Source of the DNA: Chloroflexota bacterium
GTDB taxonomy: Bacteria; Chloroflexota; Anaerolineae; Anaerolineales; Villigracilaceae
Assembly: GCA_021414245.1 (NCBI GenBank)
Contig: JAIOOU010000011.1
Span: 123,881-187,880 of the forward strand
Reading direction: 5' to 3'
DNA: 64,000 nt
In this document: piece after piece, positions 12,186 to 22,387 of the stretch
Layout of the letters: every line of letters begins with the position of its first letter
Numbering within the stretch: the first letter of the stretch is position 1
Made by a program: the position numbers and the translations under genes
The notes under the pieces: generated by a model
Seen by the model: only the letters and a program-made list of their open reading frames with translations
The model's database searches: none
Told to the model about the DNA's origin: nothing

Positions 12186-12224
12186 AATAAAAAAATCCGC
12201 CTTATCAAAGGCGGATTTTTTATT
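12186..12224. terminator. Bidirectional terminator
   Basis: aaaaaatccgcctt / aaggcggatttttt between convergent genes. Confidence 0.8.
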
Positions 12225-12229
12225 CAAGC

Positions 12230-12835
12230 TCAAAAGATTCCCAGCCACAACTGGTACAGCCCAAAACCGAATAATGCACTGGCAGAAACGCCCAGCAGCA
12301 CCCGGTTGACCTTGGGTCCCATGCGCGCGGCGGTCCCAAAGACCAGGATGATCACGGCCAGGCTGCTGATCAAGGTCCCATAGAACCCAACTAGAAAGCC
12401 AATCCCATCGATCGGCGTCTCCCGCCAGCCCTTTATCAAAACGGGACCGGTCACGAGGGTCCAAAAGATATAAGGGTTTGGATTCAATACGTTCATCATT
12501 GCGGCCTTAAACAAACCTTGTGTATTCTCCGGGTCGGCGTCTGGAAGAGAGGGTTCAAAATTTTTCCAGGCGTTGAATATTCCATGCGCAAGATACAAGA
12601 TGAACAACCCGCCTGCGATGTACAACCCGCGCTGCATCCATGTGGGGACCTGGCTGAGCACCAGCACGCACAACAGGATGATCGGACCGTCACTGAGAAG
12701 CGGGGTCAGGGCAGCCGGCAGGGTCCGTCTCCAGCCATGGGTCAAGGTTTGGGAAATGAGATAGGTCTGAAAGGGTCCGGGTTGGGAGGCGGCGGCCAGG
12801 CCATATCCCACACCTTGAAGAAGATAGATCCACAT
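12230..12835 (-). CDS. LysE family translocator
   Basis: SQPGP start motif, NVLNPNPYIFW, hydrophobic profile. Confidence 0.88.
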   Translation of the reverse strand: MWIYLLQGVGYGLAAASQPGPFQTYLISQTLTHGWRRTLPAALTPLLSDGPIILLCVLVLSQVPTWMQRGLYIAGGLFILYLAHGIFNAWKNFEPSLPDADPENTQGLFKAAMMNVLNPNPYIFWTLVTGPVLIKGWRETPIDGIGFLVGFYGTLISSLAVIILVFGTAARMGPKVNRVLLGVSASALFGFGLYQLWLGIF

Positions 12836-12843
12836 GCTGATTT

Positions 12844-14007
12844 CTATTTATTTTGACGACCGAGCGCGTCCGATACCCATCGGGATAAAACAGGTCCAAG
12901 GATCACCAAAAACAACACATAGGCTGTCGCGAGCGAACCCAGCTGTGGATTCAAACCCGCGCTTACTCCAAGTCCCGCAATGACAATCGAAAATTCCCCG
13001 CGCGCCACCAGCGAGCTTCCCGTCCGGAGTTGGCCGCTCCTGTCGATCCCCGCGCGCCGCGCCGCCCACTGGCCCGTCAGGATCTTGGTCAGAGCCGTGA
13101 CCAGCCCCAGGCCCACAGCCAGCAGAAGCACGGGCGGCAGGGATGCAGGATTAATCTGCAATCCGAAAAAGAAAAAGAAAGTCGCCGCAAACAAGTCTCT
13201 CAACGGGCTGATCAATTGATGAGCCCGCTCCGCGATCGGACCCGAAATCGCAATCCCGACCAGGAAGGCGCCGATCGCCGCCGAGACTTGCAGCCGCTGG
13301 GCAACTCCGGCCACGAGCAGGATCAATCCAAAGGTGGACAGCAGGATGATCTCGTTGGATTCATGGGCCATCAGTCTGCTGATCTGACCCCCATAACGGA
13401 CCGCAACGAACAAAACAATGCTGACTGTCGCCAATGCGATCAGGATGGAACTGACTCCGGCCGTGAACCCCTGCCCGATCAACAATACGGCTACGAGGGG
13501 AAGATAGATGGCCATGGCAAGATCTTCGATGACCAGGATGGAAAGGATAACCGGGGTTTCAGAACCGCCCAGCCTGCCCAACTCGCCCAACACTTTCGCG
13601 ATCACCCCGGAGGAGGAAATGTAAGTGACACCGCCCAGCAGGAAAGCTGCAAGCGGATCCCAGCCCAGCAGGAATCCACAGATCAAACCGGGTGGAAAGT
13701 TAAGCAGGAAATCGACCGCCCCGGCGGGAAGACCGCGCCGAAGTGTGTCTTTCAGGTCGGCGCCGGTATATTCCAGGCCGAGCATGAAGAGCAGCAAGAG
13801 CACGCCGATCTCGGCACCGACATGAATGAAGTCCTCGCTAAAGTTGAGGGGCAGGAGTCCGCCCTCCCCAAAACAAAGTCCCCCAAGCAGATATAAAGGA
13901 ATGGCGGAGAATCCCCAGCGGCTTGCCAGACGGGCCAGCACTGCCAGCCCGATCACAGCCAGACCGAGTTCGATGAAGATCAGGGATACATTTGCAGCTT
14001 CATTCAT
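12844..14007 (-). CDS. Cation:proton antiporter (CPA2, KhtU/YhaU-like)
   Basis: LLFMLGLE, ISSSGVIAK, LVIEDL, RGEFS motifs; about 12 hydrophobic segments. Confidence 0.9.
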   Translation of the reverse strand: MNEAANVSLIFIELGLAVIGLAVLARLASRWGFSAIPLYLLGGLCFGEGGLLPLNFSEDFIHVGAEIGVLLLLFMLGLEYTGADLKDTLRRGLPAGAVDFLLNFPPGLICGFLLGWDPLAAFLLGGVTYISSSGVIAKVLGELGRLGGSETPVILSILVIEDLAMAIYLPLVAVLLIGQGFTAGVSSILIALATVSIVLFVAVRYGGQISRLMAHESNEIILLSTFGLILLVAGVAQRLQVSAAIGAFLVGIAISGPIAERAHQLISPLRDLFAATFFFFFGLQINPASLPPVLLLAVGLGLVTALTKILTGQWAARRAGIDRSGQLRTGSSLVARGEFSIVIAGLGVSAGLNPQLGSLATAYVLFLVILGPVLSRWVSDALGRQNK

Positions 14008-14013
14008 GCCTTA

Positions 14014-14496
14014 TTAAAACACGAATTTGGTCGGGTTCTCAAAGAACTTCGTCCATGCCAGGCATTGCCGCGGCGTGAACACATACAGGCCGCCTTCATC
14101 CCATTGATCGGGTTTGGGCGCGTATCCGTCTGATTCATATTTCGCACAGTAGGCCTTCGAGAGTCGCTGGGCCAGTTCCGGGTCGGGTTTGGATGCGGGT
14201 TCTGCCGTCCCCTCCATAATGACCACATCGTTTCCGCTTTCGAGATGCAGGGTTACACGCGGGTCCTTTTCAAGGTTGCGCGCGTGACGAGTCTCCGGGC
14301 TGCCGTCGTAATACAATTTGCCGTCCAAAAATGCGCCCCAGCGCGGAACCACATGCGGACGGCCGTCCGGATACACCGAACACAGCCAGTAGTTGATCGA
14401 TTCTTTTAATCGCTGTTCCACATGCTCCCAGGGGACCTCGGAGATGGGGTTGTCCACATAGCCTTTGGGAAGTTTGGGTCGCGAGATCTTTGGCAT
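14014..14496 (-). CDS. Pyridoxamine 5'-phosphate oxidase-like (split-barrel flavin/F420-binding) protein
   Basis: YWLCSVYPDGRPHVVPRWG, RHARNLEKDPRVTLHLE. Confidence 0.85.
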   Translation of the reverse strand: MPKISRPKLPKGYVDNPISEVPWEHVEQRLKESINYWLCSVYPDGRPHVVPRWGAFLDGKLYYDGSPETRHARNLEKDPRVTLHLESGNDVVIMEGTAEPASKPDPELAQRLSKAYCAKYESDGYAPKPDQWDEGGLYVFTPRQCLAWTKFFENPTKFVF

Positions 14497-14498
14497 GT

Positions 14499-16826
14499 TT
14501 ATTCTCCCAAAGCTTTCTTCACTGCTGCATACGCATCCACAATACCAAAGCCATAGGCATTGCCGGGCATATCTCCGCTAAAACATCCGATCGAAGTATT
14601 CCCGGTATAGGGCCGGGCGGTGTCGATGATGAGCTGTTCCGTGGCGTCGATGTCGCCGATCAGGTCCGGCTGCGCGGACCAGATCAATGCCACCACGCCC
14701 ACAAGGTGCGGACCCGCCATGGAAGTGCCGCTGAAACTTGCGTAGGTTCCCTGCGGGGTGGAAGAGAGGATATCCACACCGGGTGCAACGATATCCGGCT
14801 TGGTGCGGCCGGAGCCGTCTGCCGTGACCGGGCCGCGGCTGCTGAAGTCGGCCATATTGCCGACCTGATCGATGGCGCCCACGGAAAAGACAGAGTCGTA
14901 CAACGAAAGCGGCGATTCGACCGTTTCGCACATCGGCCCGTCATTGCCGGTGGACACGACCACAAAGATGCCCGCCGCGCGCAGATTATCTGCGGCCGCC
15001 AGAAGCGCATTCGGGTCGCAGCCTTCGAGGGCCGGGCATCCCCATGAATTGTTCAAGATATGCGCGGCCTGCGCGGGATCGCCGTCCTTGAACGGGTCGC
15101 CACCCTGCGGAAAGGGCGCCAGCATGAACTGCATGCAATCCAGATATAGGGCGGGGTTGGCGAGATTTCGATCCAGGTTTACGCAACCGATCCACTGCGC
15201 ATCCGGGGCCACGCCAATTCCATTCCGGCCCAAAATGATCCCGGTCGTATGCGTGCCGTGACCGTTCTCATCGTTGGGGGATTTCGTCCCATCCCACGGA
15301 TCGAACCAATTGTAATCACCGCCCTGGGTCAGACCGCGATACTGATCGTGAATGGCGGGATGATCTCCATCCACGCCCGAATCCGAATTGCCGATCACGA
15401 TTCCCCGGCCGCGCACATTGAATTCATCCCAGACCTTGTCCGCTCCGATCATGGCGATATTCCATTGCAGGCTGCCATCGGCTTGGTCAAACCCGGGGGT
15501 GGCGGAATCTGCGGGCACAGCGCGCAGGCGCGGGCTGGGAAGGACCCGGTCCACTTCGGGGCGGGTCAGCAAAACCAGCCGCACCAGAGTCCCGCCGCGC
15601 ACCTCGATCGCATTCTCCAGATAATAAGGCGTGTATTCCACGCCGGTCCGATCAAAGAACGTGCGCAGGCCGGCCTGTGTGGTATTGGCATGTGCAGTCA
15701 GCTTTTGATAGGCAGCGTTCAGGCGCTCGTCCCGGTCTTTGATATTCGCAACATCTGAAATATCCGCCTGATCCTTCAAAATGACGAAGAGGCGGTCGCC
15801 ATAATCTCCGGGGTGACCAAATAGAAAAAACAACGCGACGACAAAGATCCACGTGACGCCGGTCCCGGCCCAACCCACGGCCCGCTTCGTTCTGGACCCG
15901 CTGCCGGATGCGGTTGCGAAGCGCAGGATCAGCGCGACGAGACTGACCGCAAGGCCGAGCAGGATCACGATTCCCCCGACCCTGGCGGCCACACTTCCAA
16001 TATCACCGAGCACAATAGTCAACTCGGTCGGATCGAACAACGCCAGGCCCGCAAAGGTCAGCAGGGACACGGCCGCGCCCGCGGCTGCTTTTGAAGGCAG
16101 GACCGCGGAAATGGCAAATGCAAAGGAAGGCAGGATGGCGAGCAAAAGCAGCTGTGAACCGTCATATCCAATCGCGGAACCCAGCAATGTCAATACCGCG
16201 CCGACCCCGAGGCCGTCCAAAAGCAAGTTACCGGTCGTGGACTCGATCAGCACAGCCGCCAGGACCCCGAAGGCCAGGCTGGCCAGCAGGCTCAGGAAGG
16301 CATCGCCAAAGGAACCAAATGAACCGTAGATCGCAAATGGAGCAAAGCCAATGCCCGCGATCAGGAGACCAAAGGGCAGGGAGGCGCGCCCCCATTCCAT
16401 TTTATTTTTTCGCAGCCGGATGATAATGGCCGCGCTCGCCGCGCAGATCAACCATTGCGCGATCGAACCCAGTTGGTCGTTGTTGGGACCCAGCAATCGC
16501 AGCAACAGGGCCGGAAAAGCCATCACGGACGCACCAAACCAGCCCGCGTAGACAGGCTTGAAACGGTCATCACGGGTGAAACGCCACAGCGCGGCGGTGA
16601 TGCCCGTCATGACCACAGCCTGCACGGCCAGCCCGATCAGTCCCGCCCAGGCCAGGCTCTTCAGGCTCAGCGAAGTGATCGCACTTTGCTCCAGTGACCA
16701 GAGCACGAAATGATAGATGAACAAACACAGCGGCATGGGAAGCGCGAAAAGCAAAAAGAGCACCAGGGCTCCGGTCGTTCGGTTTTGCGGTTCGGGGGTT
16801 GAAACTTCCAAAGTGGATTCTGTCAT
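14499..16826 (-). CDS. S8 (subtilisin-like) serine peptidase with a multi-TM N-terminal domain
   Basis: Triad DSGVD, HGTHTTG, GTSMAGP; NNSWGC oxyanion region; first ~340 aa polytopic. Confidence 0.92.
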   Translation of the reverse strand: MTESTLEVSTPEPQNRTTGALVLFLLFALPMPLCLFIYHFVLWSLEQSAITSLSLKSLAWAGLIGLAVQAVVMTGITAALWRFTRDDRFKPVYAGWFGASVMAFPALLLRLLGPNNDQLGSIAQWLICAASAAIIIRLRKNKMEWGRASLPFGLLIAGIGFAPFAIYGSFGSFGDAFLSLLASLAFGVLAAVLIESTTGNLLLDGLGVGAVLTLLGSAIGYDGSQLLLLAILPSFAFAISAVLPSKAAAGAAVSLLTFAGLALFDPTELTIVLGDIGSVAARVGGIVILLGLAVSLVALILRFATASGSGSRTKRAVGWAGTGVTWIFVVALFFLFGHPGDYGDRLFVILKDQADISDVANIKDRDERLNAAYQKLTAHANTTQAGLRTFFDRTGVEYTPYYLENAIEVRGGTLVRLVLLTRPEVDRVLPSPRLRAVPADSATPGFDQADGSLQWNIAMIGADKVWDEFNVRGRGIVIGNSDSGVDGDHPAIHDQYRGLTQGGDYNWFDPWDGTKSPNDENGHGTHTTGIILGRNGIGVAPDAQWIGCVNLDRNLANPALYLDCMQFMLAPFPQGGDPFKDGDPAQAAHILNNSWGCPALEGCDPNALLAAADNLRAAGIFVVVSTGNDGPMCETVESPLSLYDSVFSVGAIDQVGNMADFSSRGPVTADGSGRTKPDIVAPGVDILSSTPQGTYASFSGTSMAGPHLVGVVALIWSAQPDLIGDIDATEQLIIDTARPYTGNTSIGCFSGDMPGNAYGFGIVDAYAAVKKALGE

Positions 16827-16860
16827 GGGCTGCTCCTCTGTTTGCTGAAAACGTCCTGCA

Positions 16861-17505
16861 TTAATCCTCGGGCGCCTGGGGAATCAGGGCCTCCGGCCCG
16901 TGCGGCTGGACATTGAACATCTTGAACCCGGCCTGCACAGACGGGCCGACCAGCAGGGCGTAGACCAGCGTGCCGATCCCCACCGGCCCGCCCAGCAGCC
17001 AGCCAATCGTGACCACGGTCACTTCGATGATGGCGCGCGCGGCGCGAATGCTGATGCCGGTGGTGCGCTTGATCGCCAGCATCATGCTGTCGCGCGGACC
17101 CGCGCCCGCATCCACGCCGATATAAATGGCGCTGGCCAGCCCCATCAGAAAGATCGCCACCAACAGCATGCCGATCTGCAGAAGCAGATGATGTTCAACG
17201 GATGGAATGATCGAAAGCCACAGGTCCTCCCACGGACCGATGGACAAAATATTTCCGAGCGTACCCCAGCCGATCTGCTCGCGCATGATCAACGCGCCGG
17301 AAAGGACTGCAAAGCCCATCAAGACCGTCATGGTCCCGATGGAAATGCCGATCCGTTTGGCCAGCGCCACCTCCAGCACGGCCCAGGCGCTTGTGCCCAG
17401 GTTGCCGCGGATCATGAGCGAGATCGCAAGGCCGAACAACATGAAACCGACCTCGATCCGGATGAAGTCACGTAAAAAAGTTTTCCAGCGAATGGGTTTG
17501 AGCAT
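16861..17505 (-). CDS. YczE/YitT-like membrane protein
   Basis: LGTSAWAVL, IGWGTL, AGAGPRDSMM, GGPVGIGT; start revised to ATG 17505 (GGAG SD, avoids overlap with the GNAT gene). Confidence 0.85.
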   Translation of the reverse strand: MLKPIRWKTFLRDFIRIEVGFMLFGLAISLMIRGNLGTSAWAVLEVALAKRIGISIGTMTVLMGFAVLSGALIMREQIGWGTLGNILSIGPWEDLWLSIIPSVEHHLLLQIGMLLVAIFLMGLASAIYIGVDAGAGPRDSMMLAIKRTTGISIRAARAIIEVTVVTIGWLLGGPVGIGTLVYALLVGPSVQAGFKMFNVQPHGPEALIPQAPED

Positions 17506-17562
17506 AATTCTCCAGTGAGCGTGATCCGTTAATGATAACCCATGATGTGATAAACTCGCGCC

Positions 17563-18015
17563 ATGACCCAAATGATCGAAGCCCATCGCGGCCAATTCAC
17601 CATCAGCACAGACCCGGCCCGCCTGGACCTGCAGGCCATCCTTGATTTCTTCACGCGCGCCTACTGGACCCTCGGCCGTCCCCCTGAGCGCACCGAACGC
17701 GCCCTGGCAAATTCACTGGTCTTCGGCGTATACGAGGGAAGCAAACAGATCGGCATCGCGCGCGTGATCAGCGATTACGCCATCTTCGCCTATCTGTGCG
17801 ACGTGTTCATTCACGAGGAGTATCGCGGGCACGGGCTCGGCAAATGGCTGATCGAAACGATCATGTCCCACCCCGACCTGCAGGGCCTGAGGCGCTGGAC
17901 CCTGGTGACCCGCGACGCGCACGGGCTGTACAAACAGTACGGATTCGATGCACTGGCCAACCCCGACGGCTGGATGGAAATCATCCGGCCCTTTCCGGGT
18001 GAAGGCCGCGATTAA
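17563..18015 (+). CDS. GNAT family N-acetyltransferase
   Basis: DVFIHEEYRGHGLGKWL acetyl-CoA motif, TRDAHGLYKQYGF. Confidence 0.92.
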   Translation: MTQMIEAHRGQFTISTDPARLDLQAILDFFTRAYWTLGRPPERTERALANSLVFGVYEGSKQIGIARVISDYAIFAYLCDVFIHEEYRGHGLGKWLIETIMSHPDLQGLRRWTLVTRDAHGLYKQYGFDALANPDGWMEIIRPFPGEGRD

Positions 18016-18031
18016 GCGGTAAGATAGACGC

Positions 18032-19207
18032 ATGCCCATCACCCTGCATTCCGGCCGTGAAAAAAGCCTGCTGCGCCGCCACCCGTGGATCTTCGCCAGC
18101 GCCATCAAACAAATGGATGGAAACCCCGCTTCCGGCGCAAGCGTGGACCTGCTCTCGTCCGATGGGCAGTTCCTTGCCCGGGCCTGCTACTCCCCACACT
18201 CACAGATCCGCGCACGGGTCTGGACCTTTGACGACGAGCCCGTGGACAAAGAGTTCTTTCGCAAGCGCATCCGTGCCGCCCTGCATTTGCGGGGATCGCT
18301 CTTCGACAAAGCAAATTCCCTGCGGCTCATTCACGCCGAATCAGACGGCCTGCCCGGCCTGATCGTGGACCGCTACGGGGATGTGCTGGTGATGCAATCC
18401 CTGACGGCCGGTTCCGAATTCTGGAAGGAGACCCTGGCCGATCTGCTGGTGGAGGAAACAGGCGTTCAAAATATTTATGAACGCTCGGATGCCGATGTGC
18501 GCGAACTGGAAGGCTTGAAACCGATTACCGGAATGCTGCGCGGGAAGATCGATAATTTCCGTCTGACGATCGAAGAATACAACCTGAAATTCTACGTGGA
18601 CATCCAGCACGGCCACAAGACCGGCTTTTATCTGGACCAGCGTCACAACCGGCAGCGCGTCGGTCAATTTGCAAAGGATCGCGATGTGCTGAATTGTTTT
18701 TGCTACACGGGCGGGTTTTCGGTGCACGCCCTGGCGGGCGGCGCGAAATCCGTCCTTTCGGTGGACAGCTCCGCGGACGCCCTCGCGCTTGGAAAGGAAA
18801 ATATCGCGCTCAACAATCTGCCTGCTGAAAAGGCGACCTGGCTGGAAGGCGACGTCTTTCAACTGCTGAGAAAATTCCGCGACGAGAACCGCTCCTTCGA
18901 CATGATCATCCTCGACCCGCCCAAGTTTGCGCCCACCGCCGCGCACGCCGAAAAGGCATCGCGCGCCTACAAGGACATCAACCTGCTGGCCTTCAAGTTA
19001 TTGCGTCAGGGCGGGCTGCTCTTCACCTACTCGTGTTCGGGCGGGGTCGACGCGGCCCTCTTTCAAAAGATCGTGGCCTCGGCCGCGCTGGATGCGGGCG
19101 CGGACGCGGCCATCATCGAGCATTTGTCCCAGGGAGGCGATCACCCGGTCAGCCTGCACTTTCCGGAGGGGGCTTACTTGAAGGGCCTGGTGTGCGTGAA
19201 GGGGTAA
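18032..19207 (+). CDS. rlmI: RlmI-like 23S rRNA m5C methyltransferase
   Basis: RRHPWIF PUA domain, ESDGLPGLIVDRY, GHKTGFYLDQR, VLNCFCYTGGF, ILDPPKFA. Confidence 0.85.
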   Translation: MPITLHSGREKSLLRRHPWIFASAIKQMDGNPASGASVDLLSSDGQFLARACYSPHSQIRARVWTFDDEPVDKEFFRKRIRAALHLRGSLFDKANSLRLIHAESDGLPGLIVDRYGDVLVMQSLTAGSEFWKETLADLLVEETGVQNIYERSDADVRELEGLKPITGMLRGKIDNFRLTIEEYNLKFYVDIQHGHKTGFYLDQRHNRQRVGQFAKDRDVLNCFCYTGGFSVHALAGGAKSVLSVDSSADALALGKENIALNNLPAEKATWLEGDVFQLLRKFRDENRSFDMIILDPPKFAPTAAHAEKASRAYKDINLLAFKLLRQGGLLFTYSCSGGVDAALFQKIVASAALDAGADAAIIEHLSQGGDHPVSLHFPEGAYLKGLVCVKG

Positions 19208-19392
19208 AGTTAGATAGATAAGCAGCTTTCAAAATGGGTTTATACTACGCTAAAACACATTGCAGTTGCTACTGGGAATCAAAATCTATTATTTCCTGTG
19301 TATAGTTTCTTCGCGACAATTAGGATTATCGAAAACATAGGATAATATAACAATTTATGATTGTAAGTCTATAATTTGTCAAGGAGAAAACA

Positions 19393-20643
19393 ATGCAATT
19401 CAATTCCTGGCTGTTAGACAAGAAAATTAATGGATTGAATGTTAGCTTAGATTTATCAATAGAAGAATATTGGGGCTTTGCTCCTGATATTTTGCATGCA
19501 AATGAATACCAAAGGAAAAAGGTTAACGCCAATGGGAAAATATATCAATTATTAGCAAGAGACCTAAAGTCAGGCTGTGTCATACCGCCAATCATTTTAT
19601 CCGTCAGCGGTCAGATAGAACCAGAGATAGCGGGTGTGATAAATAATTGTCTGGAAAACAATATTGTTGATGCGAACAGTGCTGGAAAACTCCAAATTTT
19701 TATTAGGGAAGCCATAGCTGAAAAAGAATTAATAATTTTAGACGGTCTGCAAAGAACATTTACTATACAAGAATGTATAAGAGACTTCACTGAAAATGAA
19801 GAAAAAAATAAATTTCTTAAAATAAAAATTCGAGCCGAAATATATGTAGGTTTGTCTAAGCCAGGTATTTTATATCGAATGATTACGTTAAATACTGGTC
19901 AAACTCCAATGACTTTAAGGCATCAGATTGAAATTTTATATCAAGACTACATTGACAGCGATAGTCTTAAGGACTCTGGAATATACATTGTAAGAGAAGT
20001 TGATAATGAAAGTGTAAAAGTATTGGGATACTATAAGTTTTCTGATGTCGCAGATATGTATTATTCTTTCACGGTGGGATCTCCAAATTCCTATTCGAAA
20101 GAAACAATTTCGACTGTTCTAAGAGAGCATGAATTTCTCGAAGGTTTTGAACCAGAAAATCAGGTCGATCTCTCAACTTTAATTGAAACGTATCATGATT
20201 TTGTTAAAAAATTGAACGAATTAACTAATGGATGGACTTTACCTGAAGAGGATGGTGATATCTATAGTGAAGGTCTTCAGCTAGGTGGACTTCCTTTAGG
20301 GAAGGATATACCTAGCATCGGAAGCCGAGTACAAGTAATGGCAGGTTTTGGAGCAGCATGTAATAAATTAATCGCATTGTCCCAATACGAAAACCTAGGC
20401 GAAGTTAGAGGAGTTATTGGCAATATAACTCTTGGAAATATGGAAGATCCAATGACCATCCTCATTCAGTTCCTTGATGAAATCAGAGCAAATGCAAAAA
20501 AAATTGGCGATTCTCAGAGGGCATATTTTTTCTTGTTCTTCCGTCACCTTTTTAGTGAGCAACACGATAGTTATTTGAATTTGTCTCTTGCAGTCTCGTC
20601 TGCAAAAGATGCCTATGATACTAATTATTCGTTATCAAAGTGA
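19393..20643 (+). CDS. Hypothetical protein with a ParB/Srx-like (DGQHR/DUF262-like) N-terminal domain
   Basis: NEYQR, IPPIIL, IILDGLQRT, LNTGQTPM motifs; AT-rich. Confidence 0.6.
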   Translation: MQFNSWLLDKKINGLNVSLDLSIEEYWGFAPDILHANEYQRKKVNANGKIYQLLARDLKSGCVIPPIILSVSGQIEPEIAGVINNCLENNIVDANSAGKLQIFIREAIAEKELIILDGLQRTFTIQECIRDFTENEEKNKFLKIKIRAEIYVGLSKPGILYRMITLNTGQTPMTLRHQIEILYQDYIDSDSLKDSGIYIVREVDNESVKVLGYYKFSDVADMYYSFTVGSPNSYSKETISTVLREHEFLEGFEPENQVDLSTLIETYHDFVKKLNELTNGWTLPEEDGDIYSEGLQLGGLPLGKDIPSIGSRVQVMAGFGAACNKLIALSQYENLGEVRGVIGNITLGNMEDPMTILIQFLDEIRANAKKIGDSQRAYFFLFFRHLFSEQHDSYLNLSLAVSSAKDAYDTNYSLSK

Positions 20644-20649
20644 AAAGAT

Positions 20650-21852
20650 ATGCCTGAAGCTCTAGAAATAAAACTAGACGATGTGCAGCTTTTCAAGAAG
20701 TTATTTTCTGATAGCTTGCAGGGCTATCAAGACCGTGACGTTAAGTACGAGCGTGACGAGAAGTATGTAATTCGAAATACAGAAATAACAATTGCCATTG
20801 AAGGGTATATTTCCCCATTTATTGACCAGGAATATTCTTACAATAAGTTCACATGTTTTTTGTTTAAGAGTAGCTTTCAAAATCAAAACCAGATTACAAC
20901 AATAGTTTACAAAGCAGATGATGATCAAGAAAAAACATTAGGATATATATACCCAAGAACAGCTCTGTTGCGTGACAATACTATTGAAGAAAAATATAAA
21001 TCACTTTTTGCTTGCGCTGCAATTGAAAATGTTATCTTGAATGGCTTTTCAAACCATCTAGTAATACCTTACAGCAGCCCTGCTCCATCAAGTGCTCAGA
21101 TAGACATAACTTTTGAATCTCTTTTTAATGAAGATGTCTCAATTGCGGTAATCGGAAAAGAGCAGTTACTAGAGTCTAAATTGACAACTGAAGAGCTTGT
21201 AATACAAATATGTAAGCACGGTTATGAGAATATAACTAATCCTTTGGAAATCTCATATGAATTATCCGTGGAATTTCGCAACTCGATAAAAATAAAGAAA
21301 CTTCCTGATGCCGCAAAAATGAATGCCAAAATATTTGTTTCGTTATTGAGAATTTACGCAACTCAAAACGATCCATTATCTAAGTTTATGGTCTTATATC
21401 AAATTATCGAGATTTTTATTGCGGAGATTTTTTCTGCCGAGCTCTCAATATTAATTGAGCAAGAGGAAAATGTGAAAAACGCATGGAAAATGAAGGAGAA
21501 ATTGCAAGACCTAAGTACTGAAATGAAGAGAATAAATCATCTTTTTAACTCTTATACCCAAGGCAAAGATAGTGCAATTTTTTCTTATTGTGAAGATCTG
21601 TGCAGAGCATTTACTGGGAAATACTTACTTGATATAGAAGCTCTTCCTTTAGATCAAAAAGAATTGCCTGTATTAATCTATAAAATAAGAAATCATATCG
21701 TGCATTATCAACCTATTTTGATTGAGCGAGCAGAAAAGGATTTGAATGATATTTGCGAAGCATTCAAACGATGTTGTATTGAATTAATAATCTTTTTTAA
21801 GATTCCCAAAAGGCCGGATTTGCCTCCAGAAGTTATAGCTGAAAATATTTAG
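20650..21852 (+). CDS. Hypothetical protein with a C-terminal HEPN-like domain
   Basis: KFMVLYQIIE helix and IYKIRNHIVH (Rx4H); 6 bp after the previous gene; AT-rich. Confidence 0.6.
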   Translation: MPEALEIKLDDVQLFKKLFSDSLQGYQDRDVKYERDEKYVIRNTEITIAIEGYISPFIDQEYSYNKFTCFLFKSSFQNQNQITTIVYKADDDQEKTLGYIYPRTALLRDNTIEEKYKSLFACAAIENVILNGFSNHLVIPYSSPAPSSAQIDITFESLFNEDVSIAVIGKEQLLESKLTTEELVIQICKHGYENITNPLEISYELSVEFRNSIKIKKLPDAAKMNAKIFVSLLRIYATQNDPLSKFMVLYQIIEIFIAEIFSAELSILIEQEENVKNAWKMKEKLQDLSTEMKRINHLFNSYTQGKDSAIFSYCEDLCRAFTGKYLLDIEALPLDQKELPVLIYKIRNHIVHYQPILIERAEKDLNDICEAFKRCCIELIIFFKIPKRPDLPPEVIAENI

Positions 21853-22002
21853 TGTCGCGATAGAAACATTTGTGAAAAATGTAGGGCAATAGGATATGAA
21901 TCTCGAATCGCTAGGTTCCAGGCCTAGCTTCTGTAGCGTTATAGGGAAACAGTAGTCTTATTTTGGGCACCTTTTTTCTCTTGTAGGTTCATTTGCACAG
22001 CA

Positions 22003-22296
22003 AACAAGTTCGTGATATCGAGTAACAAGTACTAATTTGGAGCTTTTGACTTCCTAATTCCTATAAACAAGAACCTATTTGCGACTAACAAGAACCTGTT
22101 TGCGAGTAATAGCTTCCTGTTTGCGACTAACAAGTACCTATTTGTGAGTAACAAGAACCTGGTTGCGAGTAACAAGTACCTGTTTGCGACAAACTACTTC
22201 CTGTTATCGAGTAACAGGAAGTAGTTTGCGGTTTTGTAGTACCTGATGGCCTGAAAATAGTACTTTTTGGGGAGAAACAGGTACTTGAATCTCGAT
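22003..22296. repeat. Degenerate 21-bp tandem array (about 14 units) containing a 17-bp perfect hairpin
   Basis: Consensus AACAAGWACCTGTTTGCGAST in register from 22003; hairpin caaactacttcctgtta-tcgag-taacaggaagtagtttg at 22190-22228. Confidence 0.85.
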
Positions 22297-22387
22297 TTGA
22301 AAAATTGTAAAAAGGAAAAGTAATTTCTGTTGTCAGGGGAAAGCGTGGCTTTTACCCGTAGTTGCCATTTTAGAAAAGGAGAAAACC

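Noticed and set aside
22003-22296. CRISPR interpretation of the 21-bp array
   Set aside because: Units are contiguous with no unique spacers, and no cas genes are present.
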